DNA of 64,000 nucleotides from an uncultured Acidimicrobiaceae bacterium (GTDB lineage Bacteria; Actinomycetota; Acidimicrobiia; Acidimicrobiales; Bog-793): NCBI GenBank assembly GCA_963761425.1, contig CAVXGQ010000002.1, positions 714 to 64,713 of the forward strand, read 5' to 3'. Shown piece by piece: positions 36,080 to 45,321 of this stretch (position 1 is its first letter; each line of letters starts with the position of its first letter). The notes under the pieces were generated by a model. It saw only the letters and a program-made list of their open reading frames with translations, ran no database searches and was not told where the DNA came from. The position numbers and the translations under genes were made by a program.

Positions 36080-37342
36080 TCAAGCTTCGAACTCGAGCGC
36101 AGCAATGGCCAAGCGCTTTCCGACGTTCGTGCGTCCGTCGTAGTGGAGACGCAGCGTCGACTCGCTGTTACCAAGGATGTCGGCGACCGTACGGTACGAC
36201 TGGCCGGCGTCGAGCATCGTCGTTGCCGCAAAGTGCCGCAGGTGAAGCAGCGTGACGGACGACGCTCCTCTAATCGACATCCAGCGGTTGCTGAGCGACT
36301 CGGGGCGCGTGGGAACCTGGCTATCAAGGCCCCCGGGGAAGACATACTCACCCGCACCGGGATCTGAACCGCTAAGGGCGCGACGCCGGTCAAATTGCCG
36401 AGCCAACGCAGCGGCAGCGGCATTCGTGAGCGGCACGTCGCGCCAGTCTGATCGCTTGGTTGGCTTGCGGACCAGCCCCACACCAGGTCCACCGTCGCTG
36501 ATCGAAGCGGCGACGTGGACTTCATTTGCCTCTAGGTTCACGTCTCGCCATCGGAGGCCAAGCAGCTCACCCTTTCGCATGCCTGTGCTTGCGAGCACGA
36601 TTGCCATATCCCCGAGTTCGGGGTCGCGCTCTGCGGCACAGTCGAGCAGGGCGCGCACTTCAACCGCTGTCGGGGCGAACGGCTTCGATCTCGTGGTGCG
36701 AGGTCTGGCGGCATCCTTGCAGGGGTTCGAATCGATGAGGCCCCGCTTTCGGGCGAGTTCTAGTGACCGATTGAGCGCCGTCGCGCATCGCCTGATCCAT
36801 TCGGTTCCACGACCGGAAGCACGAAGAGTTGCGTAACACTGTTCAATGTCCTGCCAGGTGAGGCGCGACAAGCGGATGTCGCCGAACCGTCTGCCGTCAA
36901 CTAATACGGCATCCGCCATCGTCCGAGTTGCCGAACGAGTTGTCACGAGGGTCTTGGGTGCAAGCTCAATAACCCCCGATTCGACGGTGCGGAGGTAAAG
37001 CGTGAAGGCGGCCTGGACCGACCTGGCGTTTGTGGCGTTCGGAAGTCGCCGCTCGTGATCTGCGACCTTTAGTCGGGCAAGCGCTACCTCGGCGTCTTCG
37101 CGCGTCCCATGCACCCGCCGGGACACTCGGCGACGGCGCCCGCTAACCGGATCGCGGCGAATTTCAACGTCGACTCGCCACACATCCCTACCAAGGGGGA
37201 TGACGCCTCCACTACCGCGTTTCCGACGGCGATCGCCTCCTGGCGCGGACCGGTTTGGGGAAGTAGATCGGCTGGTCACGGGTGAGATAGTAGACCAAGT
37301 CAGTAGACCGAAGCACAATCCGCATTGGCGGAACTCCATCAC
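36080..37342 (-). CDS. tyrosine-type site-specific integrase
   Basis: The region ..LRASGRGTEWIRRCATALN.. is followed by the catalytic domain (LASTGMRKGELLGLRWRDV..WRDVPL..LHLRHFAATTMLDAGQSYRTVADILGNSESTLRLHYD). It lies immediately downstream of the 3' end of tRNA-Gly. The true start is probably internal to the 420-aa ORF. Confidence 0.9.
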   Translation of the reverse strand: MMEFRQCGLCFGLLTWSTISPVTSRSTSPNRSAPGGDRRRKRGSGGVIPLGRDVWRVDVEIRRDPVSGRRRRVSRRVHGTREDAEVALARLKVADHERRLPNATNARSVQAAFTLYLRTVESGVIELAPKTLVTTRSATRTMADAVLVDGRRFGDIRLSRLTWQDIEQCYATLRASGRGTEWIRRCATALNRSLELARKRGLIDSNPCKDAARPRTTRSKPFAPTAVEVRALLDCAAERDPELGDMAIVLASTGMRKGELLGLRWRDVNLEANEVHVAASISDGGPGVGLVRKPTKRSDWRDVPLTNAAAAALARQFDRRRALSGSDPGAGEYVFPGGLDSQVPTRPESLSNRWMSIRGASSVTLLHLRHFAATTMLDAGQSYRTVADILGNSESTLRLHYDGRTNVGKRLAIAALEFEA

Positions 37343-37369
37343 TCTGGCCGCTCACCAGGACTATTTTAG

Positions 37370-37442
37370 AGCGGACGACGGGACTCGAACCCGCGACCCT
37401 CACCTTGGCAAGGTGATGCTCTACCAACTGAGCCACGTCCGC
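37370..37442 (-). tRNA. tRNA-Gly (anticodon GCC)
   Basis: The reverse complement is GCGGACGTGGCTCAGTTGGTAGAGCATCACCTTGCCAAGGTGAGGGTCGCGGGTTCGAGTCCCGTCGTCCGCT. It folds as a cloverleaf with the 7-bp acceptor GCGGACG/CGTCCGC and the anticodon loop TTGCCAA. It also has the T arm GCGGG-TTCGAGT-CCCGT. CCA is not encoded. Confidence 0.93.
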
Positions 37443-37515
37443 GCGGGGGTCATGATACCCAGCGGCCAGGTGTGACGCGCGCCCGACGGTTGAGTCCCGA
37501 CTCGCCGGCGAGACC

Positions 37516-37953
37516 TCAGCGTCCGGAATGGCCGAAGCCGTCCGGCCCCCGCGCGCTCTCCGGCAGGGACTCCGCGGCGAGGAAGCGAGCGACCTCGACC
37601 GCGACGATCACGAGCTGCGCGATCCGGTCGCCGCGGTGCACGGTGTACGGCTCGTGCGGGTCGGTGTTGACGAGGACGACTCGGACCTCGCCGCGGAAGC
37701 CCGCGTCGATGAGCCCAGGAGCGTTGAGACAGGTCACGCCGTGGCGAATGGCGAGACCGCTGCGGGCGAGCACCAGCCCGGCGTGACCTTCGGGGATCGC
37801 GATCGCGAGGCCAGTCGGGACGAGCGCCCTCCCGCCGGCCGGATCGAGAACGACGTCACGGGTGGCGACGAGGTCGGCTCCGGCATCGCCGGGGTGCGCA
37901 TAGGCGGGCGCCGTCGCGTCGGCTTCCAGGGTGGTGAAGGGTATATCGAGCAC
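37516..37953 (-). CDS. dut: dUTP diphosphatase
   Basis: The sequence reads AYAHPGDAGADL..ALVPTGLAIAIPEGHAGLVLARSGLA..LNAPGLIDAGFRGEV.VVLVN..HRGDRIAQLV...SARGPDGFGHSG. The GTG start at 37953 gives a normal ~145-aa protein. Confidence 0.92.
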   Translation of the reverse strand: MLDIPFTTLEADATAPAYAHPGDAGADLVATRDVVLDPAGGRALVPTGLAIAIPEGHAGLVLARSGLAIRHGVTCLNAPGLIDAGFRGEVRVVLVNTDPHEPYTVHRGDRIAQLVIVAVEVARFLAAESLPESARGPDGFGHSGR

Positions 37954-38022
37954 CGCGGCAGGGTAGCGCTCTGCCTTGGGTCGATGAGGGCGCACGAACA
38001 GGTCCGAACTACCATCCTGGCA

Positions 38023-38583
38023 ATGCTGGTCTGGATGGACCTCGAGATGACCGGGCTCGACCCGTCGCGCCACGTCATCGTGGAAATCGCCACGCTCGTC
38101 ACCGATGACCAACTCGAGATCGTCGCCGAGGGCCCGGACCTGGTCGTGGCCGCCACGCTGGATGACCTCGAGAAGATGGACGACGTCGTGCGCAAAATGC
38201 ACACGGAATCGGGGCTGCTTGCCGCGGTTGCCGCCTCCACCTTAAATTTGGCTGACGCCGGTTCTGCCACGCTCGGTTTCATCCGCACTCACGTGCCGGA
38301 ACCGCGTCGGGTGCCACTGTGCGGGAATTCGATAGGGGTCGACCGACGATTCCTCAGTCGATACCTGCCGGAAATCGAGGAATACCTCCATTACCGGTCG
38401 ATTGACGTCTCGACGGTGAAGGAACTGTGCAAGCGCTGGTACCCCTCCCTCTACGGGCATGCTCCCAAGAAGGCCGGATCACATCGGGCACTCGGCGACA
38501 TCCGTGAGAGCGTCGCCGAGCTTCGCTACTACCGGGACAACTTCTTCAAGTTCCCCGCGAACGAGGTATTGGGCGACGCCTAA
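38023..38583 (+). CDS. orn: oligoribonuclease
   Basis: MLVWMDLEMTGLD..IVEIA..GNSIGVDRRFL..YLHYR.IDVST.KEL..RW.P......K...HRALGDIRESVAELRYYR carries the DEDDh exonuclease motifs. It is the internal Met of ORF 37528..38583. Confidence 0.92.
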   Translation: MLVWMDLEMTGLDPSRHVIVEIATLVTDDQLEIVAEGPDLVVAATLDDLEKMDDVVRKMHTESGLLAAVAASTLNLADAGSATLGFIRTHVPEPRRVPLCGNSIGVDRRFLSRYLPEIEEYLHYRSIDVSTVKELCKRWYPSLYGHAPKKAGSHRALGDIRESVAELRYYRDNFFKFPANEVLGDA

Positions 38584-38613
38584 GTGCTCTAAGTGGGTTG
38601 CCACGTCTCGACA

Positions 38614-38655
38614 ATGTACGTCATGGTGAATGACGCGGCTGTGTCATGTACGTGA
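38614..38655. promoter_or_regulatory. direct repeat ATGTACGT(C/G)A x2 upstream of a response-regulator gene
   Basis: The copies lie at 38614-38623 and 38646-38655 in the AT-richer orn-RR spacer. The palindrome GTCAT-ggtga-ATGAC (38620-38634) overlaps the first copy. Confidence 0.3.
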
Positions 38656-38718
38656 CTACATATGGGAGGGAAACTCACGTGAGGATGTATCTTCAATCCA
38701 CAAGGTGAGTGGTCCGCC

Positions 38719-39525
38719 ATGCAGAACGTTGTGGAGGTAGAGGCGCCCGAAGAGAGCATGCGCCCGATAGCTGAAATGCTGCTTGACGACGTCCAATACG
38801 TGAACGTGGCGTCGGAGCGTGAGATCATCGGTCTTGTGGAACCCTCTGGAGAGGCCAGCCCTCAGAAGGTCGCGGGGGAGCGCATCCGGGTCGGCATCGT
38901 CGACGACCACGCCATGGTGGCCGAGGGTCTCGGGGTTCTCCTCCGGGAGCAGCATGATCTCGAGATAGTCGGAATCGCGGCGACCGTCGCTGAGGCAATC
39001 GAACTGGTGGAACGTCGGCACCCGCACGTGCTGCTCCTCGACTACCGGCTTCCGGACGGCGACGGGGCGACGGCGGCGACCGAGATCCTGCGCCGCTGGC
39101 CATCGACCAAGATCGTCATGCTGTCGGCCGCGGGCGGAGACGAGCTCCTGGCGCGGTCGATCGAGGCGGGTTGTTCGGGGTTCCTGCCCAAGGACCGGAG
39201 CGGCCATGAAGTCGTAAGTGCCGTCCGGGCCGCCTACCGCGGTGAATCGCTGATCCCGACCTCCGTTCTCTCGGGCCTGCTCGACCGCCTGCGCCGGGCG
39301 CCCCAGGGCAAAGCTGGGGATCTGACCCAGCGCGAGTTCGAAGTACTGCGACTCCTGGCCAAGGGCATGTCGACCGAGGGGATCAGCTCGCTGCTGTTCC
39401 TGTCGGAGCACACGGTGCGGAATCACGTGCGCAACATCCTCGCCAAGTTGGGTGCCCACTCGAAGCTCGAAGCTGTCGCCGTGGCGGCGCGAGACGGCAT
39501 CATCTCGCTCGAAGATCGGACCTAG
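38719..39525 (+). CDS. NarL/LuxR-family response regulator with ~55-aa N-terminal extension
   Basis: It has the receiver domain RVGIVDDHAMVAEGL..LLLDYRLPDGDG..KIVMLSA. This is followed by the LuxR HTH LTQREFEVLRLLAKGMSTEGISSLLFLSEHTVRNHVRNILAKLG. Confidence 0.88.
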   Translation: MQNVVEVEAPEESMRPIAEMLLDDVQYVNVASEREIIGLVEPSGEASPQKVAGERIRVGIVDDHAMVAEGLGVLLREQHDLEIVGIAATVAEAIELVERRHPHVLLLDYRLPDGDGATAATEILRRWPSTKIVMLSAAGGDELLARSIEAGCSGFLPKDRSGHEVVSAVRAAYRGESLIPTSVLSGLLDRLRRAPQGKAGDLTQREFEVLRLLAKGMSTEGISSLLFLSEHTVRNHVRNILAKLGAHSKLEAVAVAARDGIISLEDRT

Positions 39526-39526
39526 C

Positions 39527-39940
39527 GTGCACCGCTCCTCCGAGCGGCGCATCAAGGTGGTGCTCGCCGACGACCAGCGCGCGATCGTCGACGCCTTAAC
39601 CCGCCTCCTCACCGAGCAACCCGACATCGAGCTGGTGGGAACGGGCCGCAACGCCGAGGAAGCTCTCCGGCTGTGCATCGAGCACGAGCCTGATGTCGCG
39701 GTGGTCGACGTCCGCATGCCGCAAGGCGGCGGTGAAGTCGCCGCGCTGGAGATCAGGGGTCGCGGCCTTAGAACGCGCGTCGTCGCACTTTCGGCGTTTG
39801 ACGATCACGTGACGCGAGATCACATGATGGCGTCAGGCGCGGTCTCCTATGTGCTCAAAGATCAGCCGGTCGGTGAGTTGCTCGAGGCGATCCGTCAGGC
39901 CGCGGCCAAGCCCTCGCAGGACGAGGGCGTCGCGAGTTAG
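39527..39940 (+). CDS. single-domain (CheY-like) response regulator
   Basis: The GTG start lies 1 nt after the previous stop. The sequence reads IKVVLADDQRAIVDAL..PDVAVVDVRMPQGGG..RVVALSAFDD..SYVLKD. No output domain is present. Confidence 0.8.
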   Translation: MHRSSERRIKVVLADDQRAIVDALTRLLTEQPDIELVGTGRNAEEALRLCIEHEPDVAVVDVRMPQGGGEVAALEIRGRGLRTRVVALSAFDDHVTRDHMMASGAVSYVLKDQPVGELLEAIRQAAAKPSQDEGVAS

Positions 39941-41496
39941 GCGCCGCCGCGCGGGATCCAAGCCCGCACCGTGGTGCCGGCGCCCGGCGCCGAGGAGATC
40001 TCGAAACTTCCCCCGGCCCGTTCCGCCCGTTCCCGCATCGAAGCCACACCGAGATGTCCCGGGACGACCTCGCTGACGTTGTCCATGCCGATGCCGTCAT
40101 CGCTCACGGTGAGGGCGATCCCGCCCTGGCTGTCGAGCACGCTGACCGTGACATGGCGCGCGTCGGCGTGCTTGCGCGAGTTGGTTAGCGCCTCGGCGGT
40201 GATGCGGAACAGCGTGATCGCCTCGTCTGCCGTCGGCTCGGAGGCGATCGAGCTCTCGAAGCGCACCTTCGGACCACCCGCCCCCTCGTAGCGGCGGATG
40301 AACTCGGTCAGCGATTCGGTGAGACCGCCGAGATGAAGCGCCGGGGGATGGAGCTCGAAAAGCAGGCTGCGCATCTGCTCGATCGATTGCGCGACGGCTG
40401 TCTTCAGGTCATCGACGACGCTGAGGGCGTCTTTATCCTGGAGCCTGCTCTCGAGGATTTGCAGCTGGATTGACAGCGCGATCAGCGTCTGCAGGGGATC
40501 GTCGTGGACCTCGTCAGCGATGCGCCGCCGTTCGTTCTCCTGGGCCCGCAGGAGTTGCCGCGCCAGTTCGGCTCGTTGCTCGTCGAGACGGCGCTGCTCG
40601 GAGACATCCTGTGCGAGCCCGAGGACAAAGCGGGGGCCGTCTGGCTCGGGCACGACGCCCGCCGCCGTCACGATGGCGTGCACCGTCTCGCCGTCGGGAC
40701 GCCGGTAACGCCGCTCGAACACCGTCGACGTCGCCGTCCCCGCCAGCAGGCCGCCGATGGCCCCGTCTAGGGTCTCGGCTTCTTCGGGGAAGGCGAGGTC
40801 ACGCAGGTGTCGGCCGACGATCTCCTCCCGTTTCCGGCCGAGCATGCCCGACAAGGTCGAGTTGACGGCGCAGTAGCGTTCGTCCGGCCCGAGGACCTCG
40901 ATGCCGATCAACAGTTCGTTGGCGAGCCTGCCGAGAGCGTCGTTTCGAACCCGCAGGCGTTCGCGCAGCAGGTAGGCGACGGCGCTCAGCGCGGCGATCA
41001 CCGCGGCGACGGCGATCCACTCCCGGGCGGCGGTCGCCGCGCCGTGCTGGGTGAATCGTCCGGTGGCGCCGTAGATCACGCCGGGGACGATGGCGGCGTA
41101 GCCAGCCTCGACGAGCGCGGCACGCGTGGGCAGCAGGGCGAAGGAGGCCGGCCCAAACCAGCACAGCAGCGCGAGGACGTTCCCCGCCCTCATCGAGTAG
41201 ACGTCGGCTCCGATCCAGGCTGTGCCGACGGCGAAGAGGCCCACCAGCGCGAGGTGGTGCATTGGAAGCCGTCGTCGGGCGAGCGCGACCCCCAGGGCGA
41301 CGGCGACGATCCCGGAGATCAGCACCGCGAGGCGATCCGGGGACGGCAGGTTGGGAAGTGCCCCGAGCACGAGGGTCACGACCGCGGCCGAGACGTAGAG
41401 GGCCCCGAGGTACCGTCCCGGTTCGAAGGGCAGGGGATCCGCCTCCGCCCCGACGGCGCATGTCAGCCAGTTCTCTCGTCGACTAGAAGAGCTCAT
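39937..41496 (-). CDS. membrane sensor histidine kinase (PAS + HisKA_3 + HATPase_c, NarX/DesK type)
   Basis: It has multiple N-terminal TM helices and a PAS-like region (..CAVNSTLSGMLGRKREEIVGRHLRDL..). It has the HisKA_3 H-box ERRRIADEVHDDPLQTL. The ATPase region carries the motifs ALTNSRKHA and DDGIGM..GHLGVASMRERAE..GG. The start was chosen at Met 41496. Its stop overlaps that of the convergent RR gene. Confidence 0.88.
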   Translation of the reverse strand: MSSSSRRENWLTCAVGAEADPLPFEPGRYLGALYVSAAVVTLVLGALPNLPSPDRLAVLISGIVAVALGVALARRRLPMHHLALVGLFAVGTAWIGADVYSMRAGNVLALLCWFGPASFALLPTRAALVEAGYAAIVPGVIYGATGRFTQHGAATAAREWIAVAAVIAALSAVAYLLRERLRVRNDALGRLANELLIGIEVLGPDERYCAVNSTLSGMLGRKREEIVGRHLRDLAFPEEAETLDGAIGGLLAGTATSTVFERRYRRPDGETVHAIVTAAGVVPEPDGPRFVLGLAQDVSEQRRLDEQRAELARQLLRAQENERRRIADEVHDDPLQTLIALSIQLQILESRLQDKDALSVVDDLKTAVAQSIEQMRSLLFELHPPALHLGGLTESLTEFIRRYEGAGGPKVRFESSIASEPTADEAITLFRITAEALTNSRKHADARHVTVSVLDSQGGIALTVSDDGIGMDNVSEVVPGHLGVASMRERAERAGGSFEISSAPGAGTTVRAWIPRGGA

Positions 41497-41741
41497 CGAG
41501 GAGATTCCGCTTTCGAGCCAGCGCGCCGGACGGGTCGCTCGGGGACGCGGCTCGCCAGGCCTCTGCGAGAGAACAGGCACACCACACCGCGTCAAGACCC
41601 TACTGTCTCGTGGGGCGGCAGGTTCGGACCAGAGCTGGCCGGGGCAGTCGTCGGAAAACCGCCGATTGGTCGGCACCGTGGTCGGGGAGTTGTGGCACTG
41701 GCCACGCGGACAGGACCGAGAGACCATCCGCGCGGCAGGAG

Positions 41742-44513
41742 ATGAGGAGGCCGAGAGTGAGCGTTTCTGACCGGAGAGAGCGCTTGGTGAGCAAGCCCGC
41801 TGGCTACCCAGCTTCTTGGGAGGCCGACTCCCTCCTCGTTGACGGGAGCGGGGTTCACCTCCGTCCGATTGTGCCGGACGACACCGTTCGACTCACCGAG
41901 TTCCACCGCCTGCTGTCCGCCGAGAGCGCCCACGTTCGATTGTTCGGCACCAAGGCCCACCCGACGGCGAGAGATTTCGAGAAGCTGGTCCGTGTCGACT
42001 ACGTGGACACCATGGCGCTCGTCGCGTTGGTGAGAGACCAGCTGATCGGGGTCGCACGGTACGTTCGTCTCCGGCAGACACAAGACGCCGACGTCTCCTT
42101 CGTCGTCGCTGACGAGTTCCAGGGCCACGGGGTGGGGACGCTGCTCCTTGAGAGTCTCGCGGCGTACGCCAGGGAACGGGGGATCAACCGGTTCCTCGCC
42201 GACACGCTGCCGGAGAACTCCGTCATGCTCGGGGTGTTCGAGGACGCCGGGATGAGCGAGGCGAGTCGACTGGTCGAGGGCGTGGTGCGCGTGCGGCTCG
42301 ACCTCACGCCTACCCCTTCGTACTTCGCCCGCCGCGAAGAGCGTGAGCGTGTCGCGATGGCGGCGAGTGTCGCCTCGTTCCTCCGTCCGGGTTCGATCGC
42401 GGTGATCGGCGCCGGCCGGCATCCCGGCGGGATAGGTCACGAGATCGTGCGGTCGCTTCTCGCCGGCGACTTCGCCGGGATCGTCTACCCGGTGAACCCC
42501 CAGGCCCGCTCGGTCTGCGGGGTTCGCGCCTTTGCCTCGGTGAGCGAGCTGCCGCCGCGCATCGACCTCGGCGTGGTCGCGGTGCCCCCGTCGCAGGTGC
42601 TCCGCGTCGTCGAGGAGTCGGCAGCCGCCGGGGTGCGTTCCCTCGTCATCATCACCTCTGGCTTCGGCGAGACCGGCCACAATGGAGCGTCGCTCGAGAA
42701 CGAGCTGCTCGACGTGGCGCGGCGCGCCGGGATGCGGATCGTCGGACCGAACTGCCTGGGCGTGAGCAGCACGGATCCCGAGGTCCGTTGCAACGCGACC
42801 TTCTCGCCTATCGCACCGGTCCGGGGGCGGGTGGGGCTGTACACGCAGTCGGGAGCGGTGGGGATCGTCCTTTTGGAGGAGTCTTCGCGGGCTGGGATTG
42901 GCGTCTCGAACTTCGTCTCGGTCGGGAACAAGATCGACGTCAGCGGTAACGACCTTTTGTGTTTTTGGGAGGACGATCCGGCCACCGAGGTCATCGCGCT
43001 TTACCTCGAATCGTTCGGCAATCCGAGGAAGTTCCTCCGGATCGCACGCCGTGTCGCGCGCAAGAAGCCGATCGTCGCCTTGAAAGCGGGAAGAACAGTC
43101 GCCGGGGAACGGGGGGCCCGCTCACATACCGCCGCGGCCGCGACCCCGACCGCGGCGTCCGACGCGCTGCTGGTGGCGGCCGGCGTCGTCGCCGTCGAGG
43201 GGCTCGACGAGCTGCTCGACGTGGTCGCGCTGCTCGGGGCGGCTCCGCTGCCGCGGGGGCGTCGGGTAGCCCTCGTCGGGAACTCCGGCGGGCCACTCAT
43301 TCTTACGGCGGATGCCTGCACGAAGGCAGGGCTGGTCGTGCCGGAGTTCAGCGGGACCACCCAGCGGGCTCTGCGCGAAGCGCTGAACCCGGCCAGTGCG
43401 GTCGCGAACCCGGTGGACACGACGGCCGGGGGCGGGAGCGCCGATCTCACGGCGGGGTTGCGCCTCGCCCTGGGTGCGGAAGAGGTCGACGCGGCTATCG
43501 CGGTGGTCACCCCGCTCATCTCGCTGTCGCGCCCGCAGACCCTCGACGCGATCGACCTCGTGGCGAAAGAGAGCGACAAGCCGATTATCGCTTGTGTCTT
43601 CGGCGAGCCGGTTCCCGCCGAGATCGACCGATTGTCCTCGGCGCGCTTCACTGTCGTTCCGTCGCCGGATCGGGCAGCGTCGGCCATGGAGCGGGCGTCG
43701 TCGTACGCCGAGTGGCGGGCGCGACCCGAAGCCCAGCCCTCGGACCCCGCCGGGGTGGACGTTGCCGCGGCCCGGGGGATCGTGGCCAGGTTCTTAGGCG
43801 AGCATCCGGAAGGCGGCTGGCTCGACGCCGATCGCATGAGCGGGTTGCTAAAGGCCTTCGGGATCGCCTTCGCCGAACTGGTCAGCGCCGGTTCCCTGGA
43901 GGACGCGCTGGCCGCCGCGCGCCAGATCGGCTACCCGATCGCCCTGAAGGCGGAGGGCTCGGCCATCCTCCACAAGACGGAGGTCGGGGGGGTCGCGCTC
44001 GGGATCGGTACCGACGAGGCGGTGGCCGCGGCGTATCGGGCGATGACGGAACGCCTCGGCCAGCAGCTCGAGGGGGTCCTGGTCCAACGGATGATCCCCG
44101 TCGGCGTCGAAACGATCGTCGGGCTGACGGTCGATCCCGACTTTGGCCCGTTGTTGATGTTCGGGCTCGGCGGGGTCGTCACCGAGCTGCTTGGCGATCA
44201 CGAATTCGCGGTTCCCCCGCTCTCCGAGGACGACACGGCACGCCTGGTCGACGCCATCCGTGGCGCGCAGCTCCTGCACGGCTACCGGGGCTCCGAGCCG
44301 GTGGCGATCGACCGGGTGCGAGACGTCGTCAACCGAGTGAGCTGCATCTCCGAGGAGCTGCCCGAGGTCGTCGAGCTCGACCTCAACCCCGTGCTCGCCA
44401 CGCCGAAAGAGGCGATCGCCGTCGACTGCCGGGTGCGCGTCGTCCCCCGTCCGGTCGGCCAGGACGCCTACATGCGCATCCTGCGGCGGCGCCCCGTCCC
44501 AACGGTGGCCTGA
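41742..44513 (+). CDS. GNAT acetyltransferase fused to an NDP-forming acyl-CoA synthetase-like module (PatA-type protein acetyltransferase)
   Basis: The N-terminal GNAT domain reads IGVARYVRL..VSFVVADEFQGHGVGTLLLE. A CoA-binding domain (SIAVIGAGRHPGG.G) and succinyl-CoA-synthetase-like and ATP-grasp domains follow. This is the domain order reported for actinobacterial PatA. Confidence 0.85.
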   Translation: MRRPRVSVSDRRERLVSKPAGYPASWEADSLLVDGSGVHLRPIVPDDTVRLTEFHRLLSAESAHVRLFGTKAHPTARDFEKLVRVDYVDTMALVALVRDQLIGVARYVRLRQTQDADVSFVVADEFQGHGVGTLLLESLAAYARERGINRFLADTLPENSVMLGVFEDAGMSEASRLVEGVVRVRLDLTPTPSYFARREERERVAMAASVASFLRPGSIAVIGAGRHPGGIGHEIVRSLLAGDFAGIVYPVNPQARSVCGVRAFASVSELPPRIDLGVVAVPPSQVLRVVEESAAAGVRSLVIITSGFGETGHNGASLENELLDVARRAGMRIVGPNCLGVSSTDPEVRCNATFSPIAPVRGRVGLYTQSGAVGIVLLEESSRAGIGVSNFVSVGNKIDVSGNDLLCFWEDDPATEVIALYLESFGNPRKFLRIARRVARKKPIVALKAGRTVAGERGARSHTAAAATPTAASDALLVAAGVVAVEGLDELLDVVALLGAAPLPRGRRVALVGNSGGPLILTADACTKAGLVVPEFSGTTQRALREALNPASAVANPVDTTAGGGSADLTAGLRLALGAEEVDAAIAVVTPLISLSRPQTLDAIDLVAKESDKPIIACVFGEPVPAEIDRLSSARFTVVPSPDRAASAMERASSYAEWRARPEAQPSDPAGVDVAAARGIVARFLGEHPEGGWLDADRMSGLLKAFGIAFAELVSAGSLEDALAAARQIGYPIALKAEGSAILHKTEVGGVALGIGTDEAVAAAYRAMTERLGQQLEGVLVQRMIPVGVETIVGLTVDPDFGPLLMFGLGGVVTELLGDHEFAVPPLSEDDTARLVDAIRGAQLLHGYRGSEPVAIDRVRDVVNRVSCISEELPEVVELDLNPVLATPKEAIAVDCRVRVVPRPVGQDAYMRILRRRPVPTVA

Positions 44514-44625
44514 CCACCCGACCCGAGCCGGCCGGACCGGTGGGTTGGACGGCGTGGGTCGCGGCCTTGCCGGAGGGCCCGCACCACCGCGCTCGTTCGG
44601 GCGCCAACGCTCCTAACCTTGGGAC

Positions 44626-45321
44626 ATGGCGCTCTTCTCGTCGCACAAACGGGAGTTGGTCACCCCCTTCCGCGCCCTTTCAGGTCGGAGCACTCCGATT
44701 GTCGAGCCGGGAGTCCACGTCGTCCTGCACACGCCGATCGGTGGTCCGTTCCCGGAAGGGATGGATCGAGCCCTCTTCGGGCTGGGGTGCTTCTGGGGGG
44801 CCGAACGCATCTTCTGGCAGTCCCCAGGCGTCTACACGACGGCGGTCGGCTACGCGGGCGGGTTCACGCCGAACCCGACCTACGAGGAGGTCTGCTCGGG
44901 CCAGACCGGTCACGCGGAAGTGGTCCTCGTCGTGTTCGACCCGACGCGCACCTCCTACGCGACGATGCTGCAGCGCTTCTTCGAGGGCCACGATCCGACC
45001 CAGTACATGCGGCAGGGCAATGACGTAGGTACGCAGTACCGATCGGTGATCTACACCTCTTCAGCCGCACAGCACGACGAGGCGGTGGCGACGCGCGACC
45101 ACTACGCCAAGCAGCTCGCCGAGGCCGGCTTCGGGTCCCCGACGACCGAGGTCGCCGAGGCGGGACCCTTCTACTACGCCGAGGATTACCACCAGCAGTA
45201 CCTGGCGAAGAACCCGGGGGGCTATTGCGGTCTCGGTGGTACCGGAGTGGCTTGTCCGGTTGGGACCGGTGTCATGACATCAAACGCGGGTGACGAAAAG
45301 AAGAGTCGGGACGAGGGATAA
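44626..45321 (+). CDS. msrA: peptide-methionine (S)-S-oxide reductase
   Basis: It has the GLGCFWGAE active-site motif, then [29 protein letters not shown] and YHQQYL. Confidence 0.93.
   Translation: MALFSSHKRELVTPFRALSGRSTPIVEPGVHVVLHTPIGGPFPEGMDRALFGLGCFWGAERIFWQSPGVYTTAVGYAGGFTPNPTYEEVCSGQTGHAEVVLVVFDPTRTSYATMLQRFFEGHDPTQYMRQGNDVGTQYRSVIYTSSAAQHDEAVATRDHYAKQLAEAGFGSPTTEVAEAGPFYYAEDYHQQYLAKNPGGYCGLGGTGVACPVGTGVMTSNAGDEKKSRDEG

Noticed and set aside
42959-45028. 689-aa ORF (and similar long ORFs such as 54923..56575, 6996..8336, 58087..59427, 58178..59155, 38656..39717, 41592..42680)
   Set aside because: They are Arg/Pro/Gly-rich and low-complexity. They lie in alternative or antisense frames of well-supported genes (Pat-like, araA/araD, LacI, SulP, RR). 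They are typical stop-poor shadow ORFs of high-GC DNA.
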